Source: the human T2T-CHM13v2.0 reference genome, Homo sapiens
Assembly (NCBI RefSeq): GCF_009914755.1
Contig: NC_060944.1
Strand: one strand, 5' to 3'
DNA length: 64,000 bases
Below the pieces are notes generated by a model. It had not been told where the DNA came from, did no database searches, and was given only the letters and a program-made list of their open reading frames with translations. Shown here piece after piece: positions 42,647 to 61,432 of the stretch (positions are counted from its first letter, which is position 1; every line of letters begins with the position of its first letter). The translations under genes and the position numbers were made by a program.

Positions 42647-42744
42647 TGATCTCGAACTCCTGACCTCTGGTGATCCACCTACCTCAGCCTCCCAAACTGC
42701 TGGGATTACAGGTGTGAGCCACTGCACCAGGCCTTAATTAAACT

Positions 42745-44228
<1,484 letters not shown>

Positions 44229-44894
44229 AAATGTTTTTGTTTTTTTTTTTTGAGACAGGGTCTTGCTCTGTCACCCAGGGTGTTAATAACTTAACAAACT
44301 GAGACCCCAAGAGGAAAGGTGATTCGGCCAAAGTCATACAGTAAGTTAGTGGCAGAGCCAAGACTAGAATGGTGGACTGTGGGTGTTGGAAGGGAACTTT
44401 GAGGTTGTTAGGGCAGCCTTTCCTAAGGCGAGGCCCCTCAGACAAGAAGGATTCTATTGTTAGATGTTTGAAAACTGCTGAATTAAAGAAAGCTGCACAA
44501 ATTTCATTATCCGAGAACTTCTCAGAATTCTTAACACATGACAATACCTTGGCCACTCCAAGAAATGCCTGCAGTGTATAGGGCCCTGAATTAGTTTCAA
44601 GAGTCCCTTGAAGGACATTGACACCTATGCAAGCTCTCCCTGCTCTCAGACAGAGAAATGCTATATCTTAGATATACTCCTAGTTGCTTTTAAAAAATAG
44701 GATTCTAGGGCCGGGCATGGTGGCTCATGCCTGTAATCCCAGCACTTTGGGAGGTTGAGGCAGGCGGATCACGAGGTTAAGAGTTTGAGATCAGCCTGAC
44801 CAACATGATGAAACTCTGTCTCTACTAAAAATACAAAAAAAATTAGCCGGGCATGGTAATTAGCCGGGCATGGTGGCATGCACCTGTAATCCTA

Positions 44895-45059
<165 letters not shown>

Positions 45060-45819
45060 TCATTGTGCAAATTGTTGTCATTGTGCAAATTGTATGATTT
45101 TTAAAATTATACTACCAAGTTGTCTGTCGCTGGTATGTAGGAAGATGGTTGACTTTTTTTTATAATCTCATTTCTCCTTTTTTTAAAGTAAGAAATATTA
45201 CAAATATGCAGAGAAGTATAGAGAATAATATTATGAACATTTATGTATCCACCTCTCAATTTTGTCAAATCTTACTACATGACCATGTTTTCTTTGGATG
45301 TTGTTTGTTTGTTTGTTTGTTTTAATGACAAATTAAACATTACACTTAGAGTTGAAGCCCCTTGTCTTCCTGATCCCATCACCCTGCCACCCTTATCAGT
45401 GGTGATCATGGTCACCATTTGGTATTTATCATGTGTATTTGGTATTTATCTGGTAATGTGTCATTACCAGACACATTTTCACAGTTCTACCATACGTGGC
45501 TATATAAGCAAAGTAAAATATTTTGCTTATCTGGAAAATTTATTTAAATGATATACTGTACATATCCTGCAGCAACTTCCTTTTATTACTCCTCATAATA
45601 GGTCTCTGGATCTTTTCATGATGATACAAGTTGCACCAGACCACTCATTTAAAATGCTGTGTAGGCTGGGTGCAGTGGCTCACCTGTAATTCCAACACTT
45701 TGGGAGGCCGAGGCAAGTAGATCACTTAAGCCCAGGAGTTCAAGAGCCAGCCTGGGCAACATGGTGAAACCCTGTCTCTATCAAAAAATAAAATAAAAAA
45801 GAAATAAAATAGATAAAAT

Positions 45820-46195
45820 GCTGTGTATCCATGAAGTACTATACAGTCATAAAAAAGAATGAAATCATGTCCTCTGCAGCAACATGGATATGGCTGGAAA
45901 CCATTATCCGAAGCAAACTAATGCAGAAACAGAAATTCAAATAACATATGTTCTCACCTATACGTGGGGGCTAAACCTTGGGTACACATGGACATAAAGA
46001 TGGGAACAATAGGCACTGGAGAAACCAAAGGGGTTAGAGAGGGAGGGGGCAAATGTTGAAAAACTACCTATTGGGTACCATGCTCATTACCTGGGTGATG
46101 AATTCATTCATACTGGAAACCCCAGCATCATGCAATATACCTTTGTAACAAACCTATACGTGTACCTCCTGATTCGAAAATAAAAGTTGAAATAA
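45820..46195 (+). mobile_element. L1 3' end fragment
   Basis: aaaaagaatgaaatcatgtcc...gcagcaacatggat...aaaactacctattgggtac...aataaaagttg. Confidence 0.82.
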
Positions 46196-46931
46196 CGGGC
46201 CAGGCAATGTTTAAAAACACATGCAGCCGGGCGCGGTAGCTCATGCCTGTAATCCAAGCACTTTGGGAGGCCGAGGCGGGTGGATCACTTGAGATCAGGA
46301 GTTCGAGACAAGCCTGGGCAACATGGTGAAACCCTATCTCTATTGAAAATATAAAAATTAACCAGGCCTGGTGGTGGGCACCTGTAATCCCAGCCACTTG
46401 GGAGGCTGAGGCATGAGAATCGCTTAAACCTGGGAGGCAGGTAAAAAAAACAAAGTTGAAATAACAAAAAATAAAATAAAAGTGTCTGTAAATATCCTGA
46501 GTATATTTATTCTGTTTTGTTTATTTGTTTGTTTTGAGATGGAGTCTCACTCTGTTACTCAGGCTGGAGTGCAGTTGCACGATCTTGGCTCACTATCTCA
46601 GATGATGCTCCAAAGACTATTCTTATACCTGTGGATGAGAGTTTCTCTAGGTAACATGCAGAGATGGAATTTCTGTATCTTAGACAGTGGATATCAACAC
46701 TTTTAAGAGATGTTGCTAAATTGCTCATTCTTGAATGCCAACTTCCACTTCCAACAATAGTTACAGAGTTTTGGTTGCTCTACAACCTCATCAGCACTTG
46801 ATTTTGTAAGATACTGAATGTAAAATTATGCTTCACTTTCAAATTTACATTTCCTCTATTACTAGAGAAGGAGAGGCTCTTTTGCCATTTGAGCTTCCTA
46901 CATTATGAGTGTGCTTGTTTGTATCCTTTGA

Positions 46932-49740
<2,809 letters not shown>

Positions 49741-50310
49741 GATAGTACTTTGTTAATTAAGACTTTTGCACCTGGTAGACGCTCTTTGATTTGACCTCTA
49801 ACCCACTGGAATCCTCTCACCATCCTTCCCTGACAGTTGACCATTTAGCTTGGGCTTAATACTTCCAATGACGGAATACTCACTACTTAATAAAGCAGCT
49901 TTTCCTGTGGTAGAACAATTGTATTTTATAGAAAGATCTCCATTTTGAGCCTCAAGTTTCCTCCCTGTAGCATCCACATTTTGGTCCTCGTTCATTCTCT
50001 GAAGCTGTAGGAATCAGTGAGAGCTTTTTTTTTTTTTTTTTTGAGACAGAGTTTTACTCTGTCACCCAGGCTGGAGTGCAGTGGCACGATCTCTGCTCAC
50101 TGCAACCTCCAACTCCAGGGTTCAAATGATTCTCCTGTCTCACTCTCCTGAGTAGCTGGGACTACAGGCACATGACACCACATCTGGCTTATTTTTGTAT
50201 TTTTAGTAGACGGGGTTTCACCATGTTGGCCACATGAAACTGGTCTCAAACTCCTGGCTTCAACTGATCTGCCTGCCTCAGCCCCACAAGTGCTGAGATT
50301 ACAGGCGTGA

Positions 50311-50670
<360 letters not shown>

Positions 50671-50948
50671 TGAGTAAATAACGCAACTATATGCTGGGCA
50701 GCTACCTGCCAGGTTTATAAGGTTTAACACATTTACTCCACAAAGCAATCTATGAAAAGGTCCTATCATTGATTCCTATTTTATAGATGAAGCAAATAAG
50801 GCTTGAAGAGCTTATGATTTTAGCAAGGTCCAACAGCTATGTAAATGGCACCACTGATATTTCAAAGGCAATGGCCCTGACCACTCTGCTACACCACCTT
50901 TCTCTCCTCTTCTCCAATACCCAGCCCAGAACTCTTTTGGATCTTTGA

Positions 50949-51218
<270 letters not shown>

Positions 51219-52171
51219 TGATCCGCCCGCCTTGGCCTCCCAAAGCGCCAGGATTACAGGCATGAGCCATGCCGCTGCACTCGGCCTAAGGGGCATAGCT
51301 TTCTCATCCTCTGCCATCCTAGGAAAATTTTAAGTATTCATATTAAAATGAAAACTAAACACAATTGTCCATATATGCTCCTTAGGAGTAGAATGCCAAG
51401 GACCTCTTAGCTCCTCTGACCTGGGAACTACATTCTCTCTAATGATACATACGACTGGGTTAGAGGTTTGGGCAGCTGCCACCAAGTAAAACCTCTAGAA
51501 TTTTGCTATGTCACTTTCTGCTAAGGTAGCTTTTCCCATCTACACTAAATAAATAAATCATCCAGGTGATTTATTTTTAACCAATGCAGAGGATTTTTTA
51601 CTTATCTCCATGGAGTTCAAACATTTCTCCAGGCTGGGTGGGGTGACTCACGTCTGTAATCCCAACACTTTGAAGACTAAGAAGGGGCAGATTGCTTGAA
51701 CCCAAGAGTTCCAGACCAGCCTGGGCAACATGGTGAAATCCCATATCTACAAAATATAGAAAAATTAGCCAGGGGTGGTGGTCCACACATGTAGTCCCAG
51801 CTACTCTGGAGGCTGAGGTAGGAGGATCATCTGAGCCTGGAGACTTGGAGGCTGCAGTGAGCTGTGATGGCGCCACTGCACTCCAGCCTGAGTGACAGAG
51901 ACCCTGTCTCAAAAAAAACAAACAATAATTCACCAAATCTATTTGGATCTGGATCCTGCCATCATTTTATAGGTAATGCCTCCATAGCACTCACTAAGTG
52001 CCAGGCACACTTCTAAGCCCTTTTTATACATTAACACAAATAATCCCCACCACGACCTAATGCCATACACATCATTATGGTCACTATTTTGCAAATAAGA
52101 AAACAGTCACAGAGCAGTTCAGTAACTTGTCCAGGGTCACACAGCTAGTCCATGACTGAACCAGAATTTAA

Positions 52172-52462
<291 letters not shown>

Positions 52463-52538
52463 TAATTTTTGCATTTTAAGTAGAGACAGGATATCACCAT
52501 GTTGGCTAGGGTGGTCTTGAACTCCTGACCTCAAGTGA

Positions 52539-52832
<294 letters not shown>

Positions 52833-53169
52833 TGATCTTCCCACCTCGGCCTCCCAAATTCCTGGGATTACAGGTGTGAGCCATCACGCCTGGCCCCTGG
52901 CTCCTTTTTTTTTTTTTTTTTTAAATAAAGACCAAAGGTCCAGAGGCTTTGAAAGGCAAATAGTATTAAGTCAGGATTTGATATCAGGATTTCTTTCATT
53001 CTGTTTATTTTCTCATTGCTTTCTACTTATGATACTGTTTCATTTGGTAGTAATAATATTTCTTTCTAAAATAAATTGAAGTAAAAAGAAGTGAGTTGAT
53101 GTAAGAAAAATGTTACAGATATGAAAAAATCATAATGGTCATTAAAAAATTAGTGAAACTTTGGAAAGA

Positions 53170-53515
53170 CTGTGTTCAGTCAAGTGAAGTGAAGTTAGCT
53201 TGCAACCACAAAAAAACCCCTAAGTCTCAATGGTTTGAACAGCAAAGTTAATTGCTCACCTATAGTACACGCCCAGCATGGGTCGGCAGGGGGCGCTCCG
53301 CGTTGTGGAACGATTCATATCTATACTTGCTTCCCCAACAAGGGCAGCACTGGCCTTTAAAGCTTCTGCCCAGGTGTGACACAGGTTGTTTCTGCTCACA
53401 TCTCGTTACCTGAAACAAGTAACATGGTCACATCTCATTTCAAAGGAAGCAAGAAAATGTAATCCCCATCATGTGCCGGAAAGGAGAGAAATAGAATAGT
53501 TGAGAACAGCCCTCA
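53170..53515. mobile_element. MaLR (MLT1-type) LTR remnant
   Basis: cctttaaagcttctgccc...gtgacaca...tctgctcacat...aagtaacatggtcaca...caaagga...aaatgtaatcc resembles MLT1 LTRs. Confidence 0.55.
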
Positions 53516-53794
53516 GAGAGACTATAAGTAAGGGGGCATAAAAGATGGGTCTAGAGAGATAGGCTGAGTCATGACTCACTGAATTTGTCTGACGTAGATC
53601 ATGATGGCCCATCCCACCAAGTGGCCAACATTTGTTCCCAGAAAAGGGAGTGTGATGATCCCCCAGAAAGAACACAGTCTGACAACATTATTCTGATGAG
53701 CAGACACACCTCTCAGGCTGCCACTCAGGAGTCCTTTTGGGTGGGGAGGTGGGGATGCTGATATTTCCTAAGTGGTTTCAGCTGAACTCTGTGA

Positions 53795-53845
<51 letters not shown>

Positions 53846-54222
53846 CTATTCCCTGAAGGGAGATGAGGCAATTTGGGCTTTGGCTGAGCTAGGGTTTGGT
53901 TCTGTCACCACTTGCTATCTAGGGAAGGGTAATAATTGGAAAGGAGAGGAATTCAAGGAGAGGGTCCAGGTGGGTAGGGAGCCTCACACAGGGTTTGGTG
54001 ATCAGGTGATTGAGAGGCCTCCTTGAGGAGTTTTCAAAGTGCGGTCTGAGGGCACCTGGTATCAGAAGTGCCCAGAAGCTCGTTAAACACTTGGGCCAGG
54101 TGCTCCATGGCTCCTGCCTTTAATCCCAGCACTTTGGGAGGCTGATTTGCTTGAGGCTGGGGTTCAAGACAAGCCTGGACAACATAGCAAGACACCTCCC
54201 CCCGTCTCTATTTTTTAATTAA

Positions 54223-54594
<372 letters not shown>

Positions 54595-54597
54595 TAG

Positions 54598-55104
<507 letters not shown>

Positions 55105-55331
55105 TAGTAGAGACGAGGTCTCACCATGTTTGGCAGGCTGGTCTCGAACTCCTGAACTCAAGTGGTCCACCTGCCTCAGCCTCCCGAAGTGCTGGGATTA
55201 CAGGTGTAAGCCACCTCGCCCAGCTGCCATCTGAATTTTTAATAATGGCCCCAGATGATTCTTATGGACACCAAGATTTGAGAAGCATTGAATGACTGAG
55301 AGAAAATTTCTTGTAAGGGTAGAAGCCCAGC

Positions 55332-55548
55332 ACAGTGGTTCTCAGTGGAGATAATTTCAACCCCCAAGGGACATTTATAAATGTCTGGAGATAGTTTTGG
55401 TTATCACACCTTGAGGGTAGGGAAAAGTGCTGCTGACATCTAGTGGCTAGAGGCCAGACATGCTGCCAGGGACAATGTACAGGACAGTCCCCACGACAAA
55501 GAATTCTCTAGCCCAAATGTCATTAGTGCTTAGGTCAAGAAACCCTGG
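55332..55548 (+). mobile_element. MER20 DNA transposon
   Basis: cagtggttctca...gggacattt...aatgtctggaga...gacatctagtgg.tagaggccag...aatgtacaggacagtcccc...gagaaaccctg-like end. Confidence 0.78.
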
Positions 55549-55866
55549 TTAGCCATTAAGAGTTTGAACCTTTCTAAATGTTGGAGCACATACGATTTTT
55601 AAATCTTCAATTTTTATTTTATTTTCCAAAATTTCTACTATATGCATAGAATCCTTTTCATTGAATACCTGTTACGCACCGAGCACTTGAAGTTTACATC
55701 ACTATCAGTTCCTCTTGAAAGACCTTTTCAGTCATTCATCCAACAACTATCCATTAAACACTTACTAAAATGTATTCCAGGCCAGGTGTGGTGGCTCATG
55801 CCTGTAATCCCAGCACTCTGGGAGGCCGAGGTGGGTGGATCACCTGAGGTCAGGAGTTTGAGATCA

Positions 55867-56040
<174 letters not shown>

Positions 56041-57299
56041 TCATCTTAAAAAAAAAAAAAAAAAAAAAAAAAGAAGTATTCCAGGCAGAGGGGAAAGTAT
56101 ATGCAAAGGCCCCCAAGACAGGAAAGAAAAACTTTAAAATGGCTAGTATGCCTGCTGCTGATAGGGGTGGGGGCAAGTGGAATGAAATGAGGTTGGACAC
56201 GGAGGGATATAAAAACAAGGGCGTGCATGGCCTCACAGTGTTAAGTGGGAGTTGTATGAGTTTTGTTATAAATGCATAGGAAGTCATAAAAATTTAAGTA
56301 GAAGAGGATCTGAGCCAATGTACATTTGTACAAGATCACCCTTGGCCCCTGAGTGAAGAGTAGGGGGTAGGGAAGCCACAGGAGAAAAAGTGAAGGGGTG
56401 GGGTGGAGGCAGGCGGGGGTGGGGGGAGGCGGGGGGGGCGGTGGAGCGGGGGAGATCCCCTCCCCAACCCTGGCAGGTTTAAAAAAAAAAAAAGGGAAGA
56501 AGTGAAAAGACTTTTGCAGACCTCCAGAGATGATGCATAAGGTTGGCTGGGGTGGAGATGGAAAGATGGAAAATCTAGATTCTGTTTGGAGGGTGGCAAG
56601 AACTGGATTTTCTGATGAACTGGAAGGCATGAGAAACACAACACAAAGATTGTGACTTGCAAGATGTTGGCTTGAATAATTGAGAGAAGGTGGGTGATGA
56701 TATATGACATGTAGATATGACTATCATTCTCTTTTGACGACTGAGGAAGGGGAGGTGAGTCGTCCTACTTCACAAAGATAGTATATGGGCTCCAGGTGTG
56801 TCTAACCCAAAGGTTATAATTTTTCCACACTCCTATATCCACACATTAATTTTTTTTTTTAAATTGAGACAAGAGTCTCACTCTATCACCCAGGCTGGAG
56901 TGCAGTGGCGCCATCGTGGCTCACTGCAGCCTCCAACTCCTGGGATCCAGCGATCCTCCCACCTTGGCCACCTAAAGCTGGAGTTACAGGCATGCACCAT
57001 CACGCCCTGCCTATCTTAATTTTCATAATGGGGATGATATTTACTGATAGTAATATCATTATACATGCCCCATACATGCTAACATCTGCTTCCACATGGA
57101 AGCAGCACAAAGCCTGGAACCTTCCTCAAAGACCCCCCCCCCCCCCCGTACATTGGAACAAGGTGCTGGGAACAGAAGTTTAGTAGGTGGTGGAAGGGCA
57201 GCGGCTGCTACCCTGGGAACTGGTTTTAAAATCTTACGTTCTGATTGCTGCCGTGGCCATGTGCTGGTGTGTGATGGGGAGATGTTCTTTTAGGTAACT

Positions 57300-57730
57300 A
57301 AATCCAACGAGCTGTGATTGGTGATCGAACCGAGCAGGCCTCCTCTGGATTTGGAGAGACATAGTGCGTCTGGGCCTGTGATTGGCGGGATTGCTGTGAT
57401 TGGTGAAGTCCCTAAGGCTATCTAAGTTTCTGAACACCAGTTCCTGCGTTGGCCACGAGGAGGAGCCCAGGAAGCGCAAAGCGCAGCACTGCGGAGAGTC
57501 TTGGCCGCCTCCTCCGGGACGCCCTCCGGCCCAGCGCGGTGCCTGCCCTGCCCTGCGCCCTGGGGCAACCGCGGGATGAGGTGGGGCGGCAAAGGGTGTC
57601 AGGGCTCCCAGCTGCGGCCCGGGTGGCCACGCTTCTCTGCACAGTTCCTTTGGCCTCTTCCCCTGGCTCCCAGCCCCACAGAAGACATTGGCTGACCCGA
57701 GGGGTGGGGCTGCGGGTTCGCGAAGGTTTG
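57300..57730. promoter_or_regulatory. Intronic CpG-rich element with three CCAAT boxes, a GC box and a CTCF-like motif
   Basis: CTGTGATTGG at 57312, 57376, 57394; TGGCCACGAGGAGGAGCCC 57450-57468; GGGGCGG near 57583; dense CpGs. Confidence 0.55.
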
Positions 57731-58099
57731 TGAAGGCCCAGATCCAAGTTGCAAAACTGTGGAGTCTATCAAGTGAGACTTAGCAGCCCCACTCCCTCAG
57801 GTGCGCCCCTTGCCCTCCTCAGAGTCCTTCTCTCAAGTTTAGCAGCCTCCACCGTGCCCTTTAAGATCCTCAAAGAACTTTTGCAAAGTGGCATCTCATT
57901 GGAGCTAAAATGACCTGTGCAGGCAAAGGCCACTAGCTCAGGGGATCGTCCTGCCCATCCCCAGGTGCTATCACATCGCGCTGTGCGTCTTCACTGCACT
58001 TAACCACTGTTTGTAATTGACTTCGTTTTTCATGTATTTACTTGCTTATGTCTGCAACCCGCCTCTCCACCAAAACGCAAGCTCTGTGAGGGAGGGTGT

Positions 58100-58286
58100 A
58101 GGGTTGCCCGACACAACACAGGACACCCAGTTTCATATGAGTGTCAGATGAACACCACAGTTTAAAAGTATAAGCAGGTCCCATGCATTATTTGGGACAC
58201 GCTCATACTAACGAAGTATTTCTTGTGTATCTTAAATTCACATTTGACTGGGCATCCTGTATTTTTATTTGCTCATCTGCACCCCT
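58100..58286. mobile_element. MER53 palindromic MITE
   Basis: agggttgcc...acaggacacccagtt...gtcccatgcattatttgggac...actgggcatcctgtatttttatttgct matches the recalled MER53 consensus. Confidence 0.8.
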
Positions 58287-59218
58287 CTGAGGGGGATATT
58301 TTGCCCATGGTCTTCCCTGCTGCATCTCCACCACCCACAACGATGCACGCAGAAGGTGCTGAATAAATGTTGACTGTTTCGATGGACGATTTCCATCCTT
58401 TATTCACTCAGTTATTCATCCAGCCTATTTATATCAAGTGGGTCCTGGGAATACAATGGTAGATGGGACACAGTCCAGTGGAGGAGGCACACAACCAGTC
58501 TAATTACCATCTGACTAAACGATGATGATGTAAAGCTTTGGGGGCTATGGGGGGACAGAGGAGGACCCCGGCGTTCTGTTTCCCGGAGGAAGATGACTAA
58601 GATGGGACTTGGAGGATGAGAAGGCAAAGAAGGAAGTGCGACAGCTCTCTGCTTGAGACCACGGGGTTCTGGAAGCTGCAGGGGGCTGGGGAGGGCAAAT
58701 GTGCAGTGTGGGCGTGGCAGTCAGGAAAAGGTGAGAAGGAGACTCACATTCACTGGATGTTACTACCCACCAGCCAGCACAAGAGGGATGCCATGTTGCT
58801 ATTATTGTGCCCATCATACAGATGAGGAAGCTGAGGCTCAGAGAAGTGAAATGCCTCGGCTAAGTTTACAGTCGTGGAGGGAAAAGCTGAGCTTCAAGCT
58901 CAGGTCTGGCAGACTCTGAAGCCTGCACTCTTCTAGAAAAGCCACTGGGTTAAGGATTACAATGCCAATAGGGGGATGGAGAAACACGCTCAGAAAGGTG
59001 ATAGGGCTCTCCCTGTGAATATGGCTCTGTCCAGTTGAGCAGAATACTGAAGCAATGCAAGAGTTATGGTTTTTTCCAAGCCCTCCAGAGAGACAACAGG
59101 AGGGCCAGAGCAGGACCCAGGAGTCCAGACCACTGTGTCTCCCATTCCTATTGGGGTTGGCTCTCTAGGAGCCCCTTGCAGAGCCCTGGGGCTAATTCCT
59201 TGCATGGATCCTGGACAG

Positions 59219-59440
59219 GTCTGCAGTTTCCATGGAGACCGCCTCCCACCATCCCTGAAATCTCATTGTGACCAGTATTAAGGGATTAACTCTGCCCAGC
59301 GGCCCTCGCAGGGTCTGGGGTGCTGAGAGGGGCCAGCAGGAGCTCCCTCAAGGATGAAGAGGTTGTGCACTGTGCGGGACCCCATAGCAGCAGGAGGAGG
59401 ATGTCGGACTGGGGCCAGGGCTTCCCCCAGGACCCACCAG
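59219..59440 (+). other. HNF4A: HNF4A alternative exon 1E (222 nt, spliced after 1D; isoforms alpha10-12)
   Basis: Branch-point-like gctaat at 59191, acceptor ctggacag| at 59218, donor ccag|gtatgg at 59441. Length 222 nt matches my recollection of exon 1E. Confidence 0.82.
59401..59440 (+). CDS. HNF4A: HNF4A exon 1E coding part MSDWGQGFPQDPP
   Basis: aggATGt (A at -3); 13 codons + 1 nt, the same phase 1 as exon 1D, so compatible with exon 2. Matches the recalled alpha10-12 N-terminus. Confidence 0.82.
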
Positions 59441-61282
59441 GTATGGTCCTGACTCCACATCTGCCTGGAAGGAAGGATGGGATGGTAGGAGAGAGACACA
59501 GAACCAAGGGGGAGGATTCCAGACTGGGAGCAGTGTGGAGGATTTGTACCCTCATCCCCTAACCCAGGAACGTCCATGGCCCTGATGGGTGAATGACGTT
59601 CCAATCAGAGAAGGAGAATCCAGACGACCTCAACAAGGTGAGAGGAGCCCCGTAGAGTATTAGGGGTAGTCCAAGGCTGCCTAAAGACCAGATCTCTTAT
59701 CTCTCTCATTTTGCAGTTGGGGAAACTGAGGCACGGAGAGGGAAAATGACTTGCCCAAAGCCAGTGAGTCAGCAAACTGAAGCAGGTCAAGAATCCAGAG
59801 GGAACCCTGAAGTTCCCTGAGCAGAAAACAATCGGTTAAAATCTCATTGCCACTTCTGCCTTGAACTCCAAATCCTCCTTCCTGAGCTCCAGGCATGGGG
59901 TCCCCTCCATCCCCTCACCCAGAGCTTGTCTCATCGGCCATGCTTCCCTCCCTGCCTCTCATCCTCCTCCTGACTTCCCCTGCCACCCGCACCACCTGAG
60001 GCTGGCAGAGAGTTCCTGGCAGGTTCTCCAGTGCTGACGGGCACAGCCACCAGGCCCCCACTATTCCATCCAGGGGACACCTTCCCACTGGGTCCCTATC
60101 TGGATGACTTGGGACATTCTTTGTTCTACACTTCATCCTCTCTTTGGGATTTCTGAGTCCAGACACAGTGAGGACCCCGACAGCCCCCCTCCTCACCTCT
60201 TGTCCTGGGAAGGCCAGGCCTGCGTGGCAGAGATGTAACCAGACTCCAAAGCTTTCTGGGCCGGGCTTCATGGAAGGCCGTATCGGTGCAGGGGCATAAA
60301 CACAAGCTCTGGAGCCAGGTAGAGATAGTTCTAACACCATTGCCTTGGCTCACTGGGAAAATGATGTTTCTTCTCTGAGCCTCAGTTTCCTCACCTGTGA
60401 TGGGAGACGAGAACCCTTCCATCCTCAAAGCTTGCTCTCAGCTGCTATGGAAGCATCTCCAGGTTGTGATATTAAATGAACCAAACAAGATACAGAACAG
60501 TGTAAGAGCAGAGGCTACTCATGTATGATCTTACATGCTATCTGGTCTGTATAAAGAAACCTTGGCAGATACATCTGTAAGGGATGTGGTTCCCCATAGT
60601 GAGGAAGTCAAGGAGAACAGGTGAACAGGAGACAGCTGGAAGCAAGACTTCTCAATTTACACCTTTTATGTTTTGATTCTGAACCATGCGAATGTAGCAC
60701 CAATTCAAAACTAAATGTAAAGATGTTCACAAATTAAGTAAAATATTAAATAATAATAATAACACATACCTCAATAATATGACCGGTGTGCAGTCAAGAT
60801 TTAGGCCCAGGTACTAGAAATTGACTCAAAGCAACAGAGGAGGCCTGTCTTCAAGTCACCGAATCCTTGACCTAGAAAGGCCCTTTATTTTGTCAACGTC
60901 AAATTGCCCATAACAACAATAATAGTCTTGGTAGCAAGAATCAGGAGCTCCCTACTTGGGGAACATGGTGCCAAGCACTGTCTGAACATTATCTCATTTA
61001 ATTGGCATTTTGATTTTGTGAGGAAACGATCATCATTCCCTCTTTACAGATGGGAAAACTGAGCCTCGCTGAGGTTTTGACTAGTAAGTTGTAGTAAGTG
61101 ATAGAACTTGATGCCATCGAAGGCTTTCCAGGTTCAAATTTGAAGCCCCCCTACAGTGGGTCTCAATATTGGCTGCACAAAAATATAGACGCCTGGCACC
61201 TCCCCACCCCTACCCCAAGATTCGATCATTGATCTGTGATAGGGACTGGGCATCTGTCTTTAATTTTAAAAAATCTTTTTAA

Positions 61283-61432
<150 letters not shown>

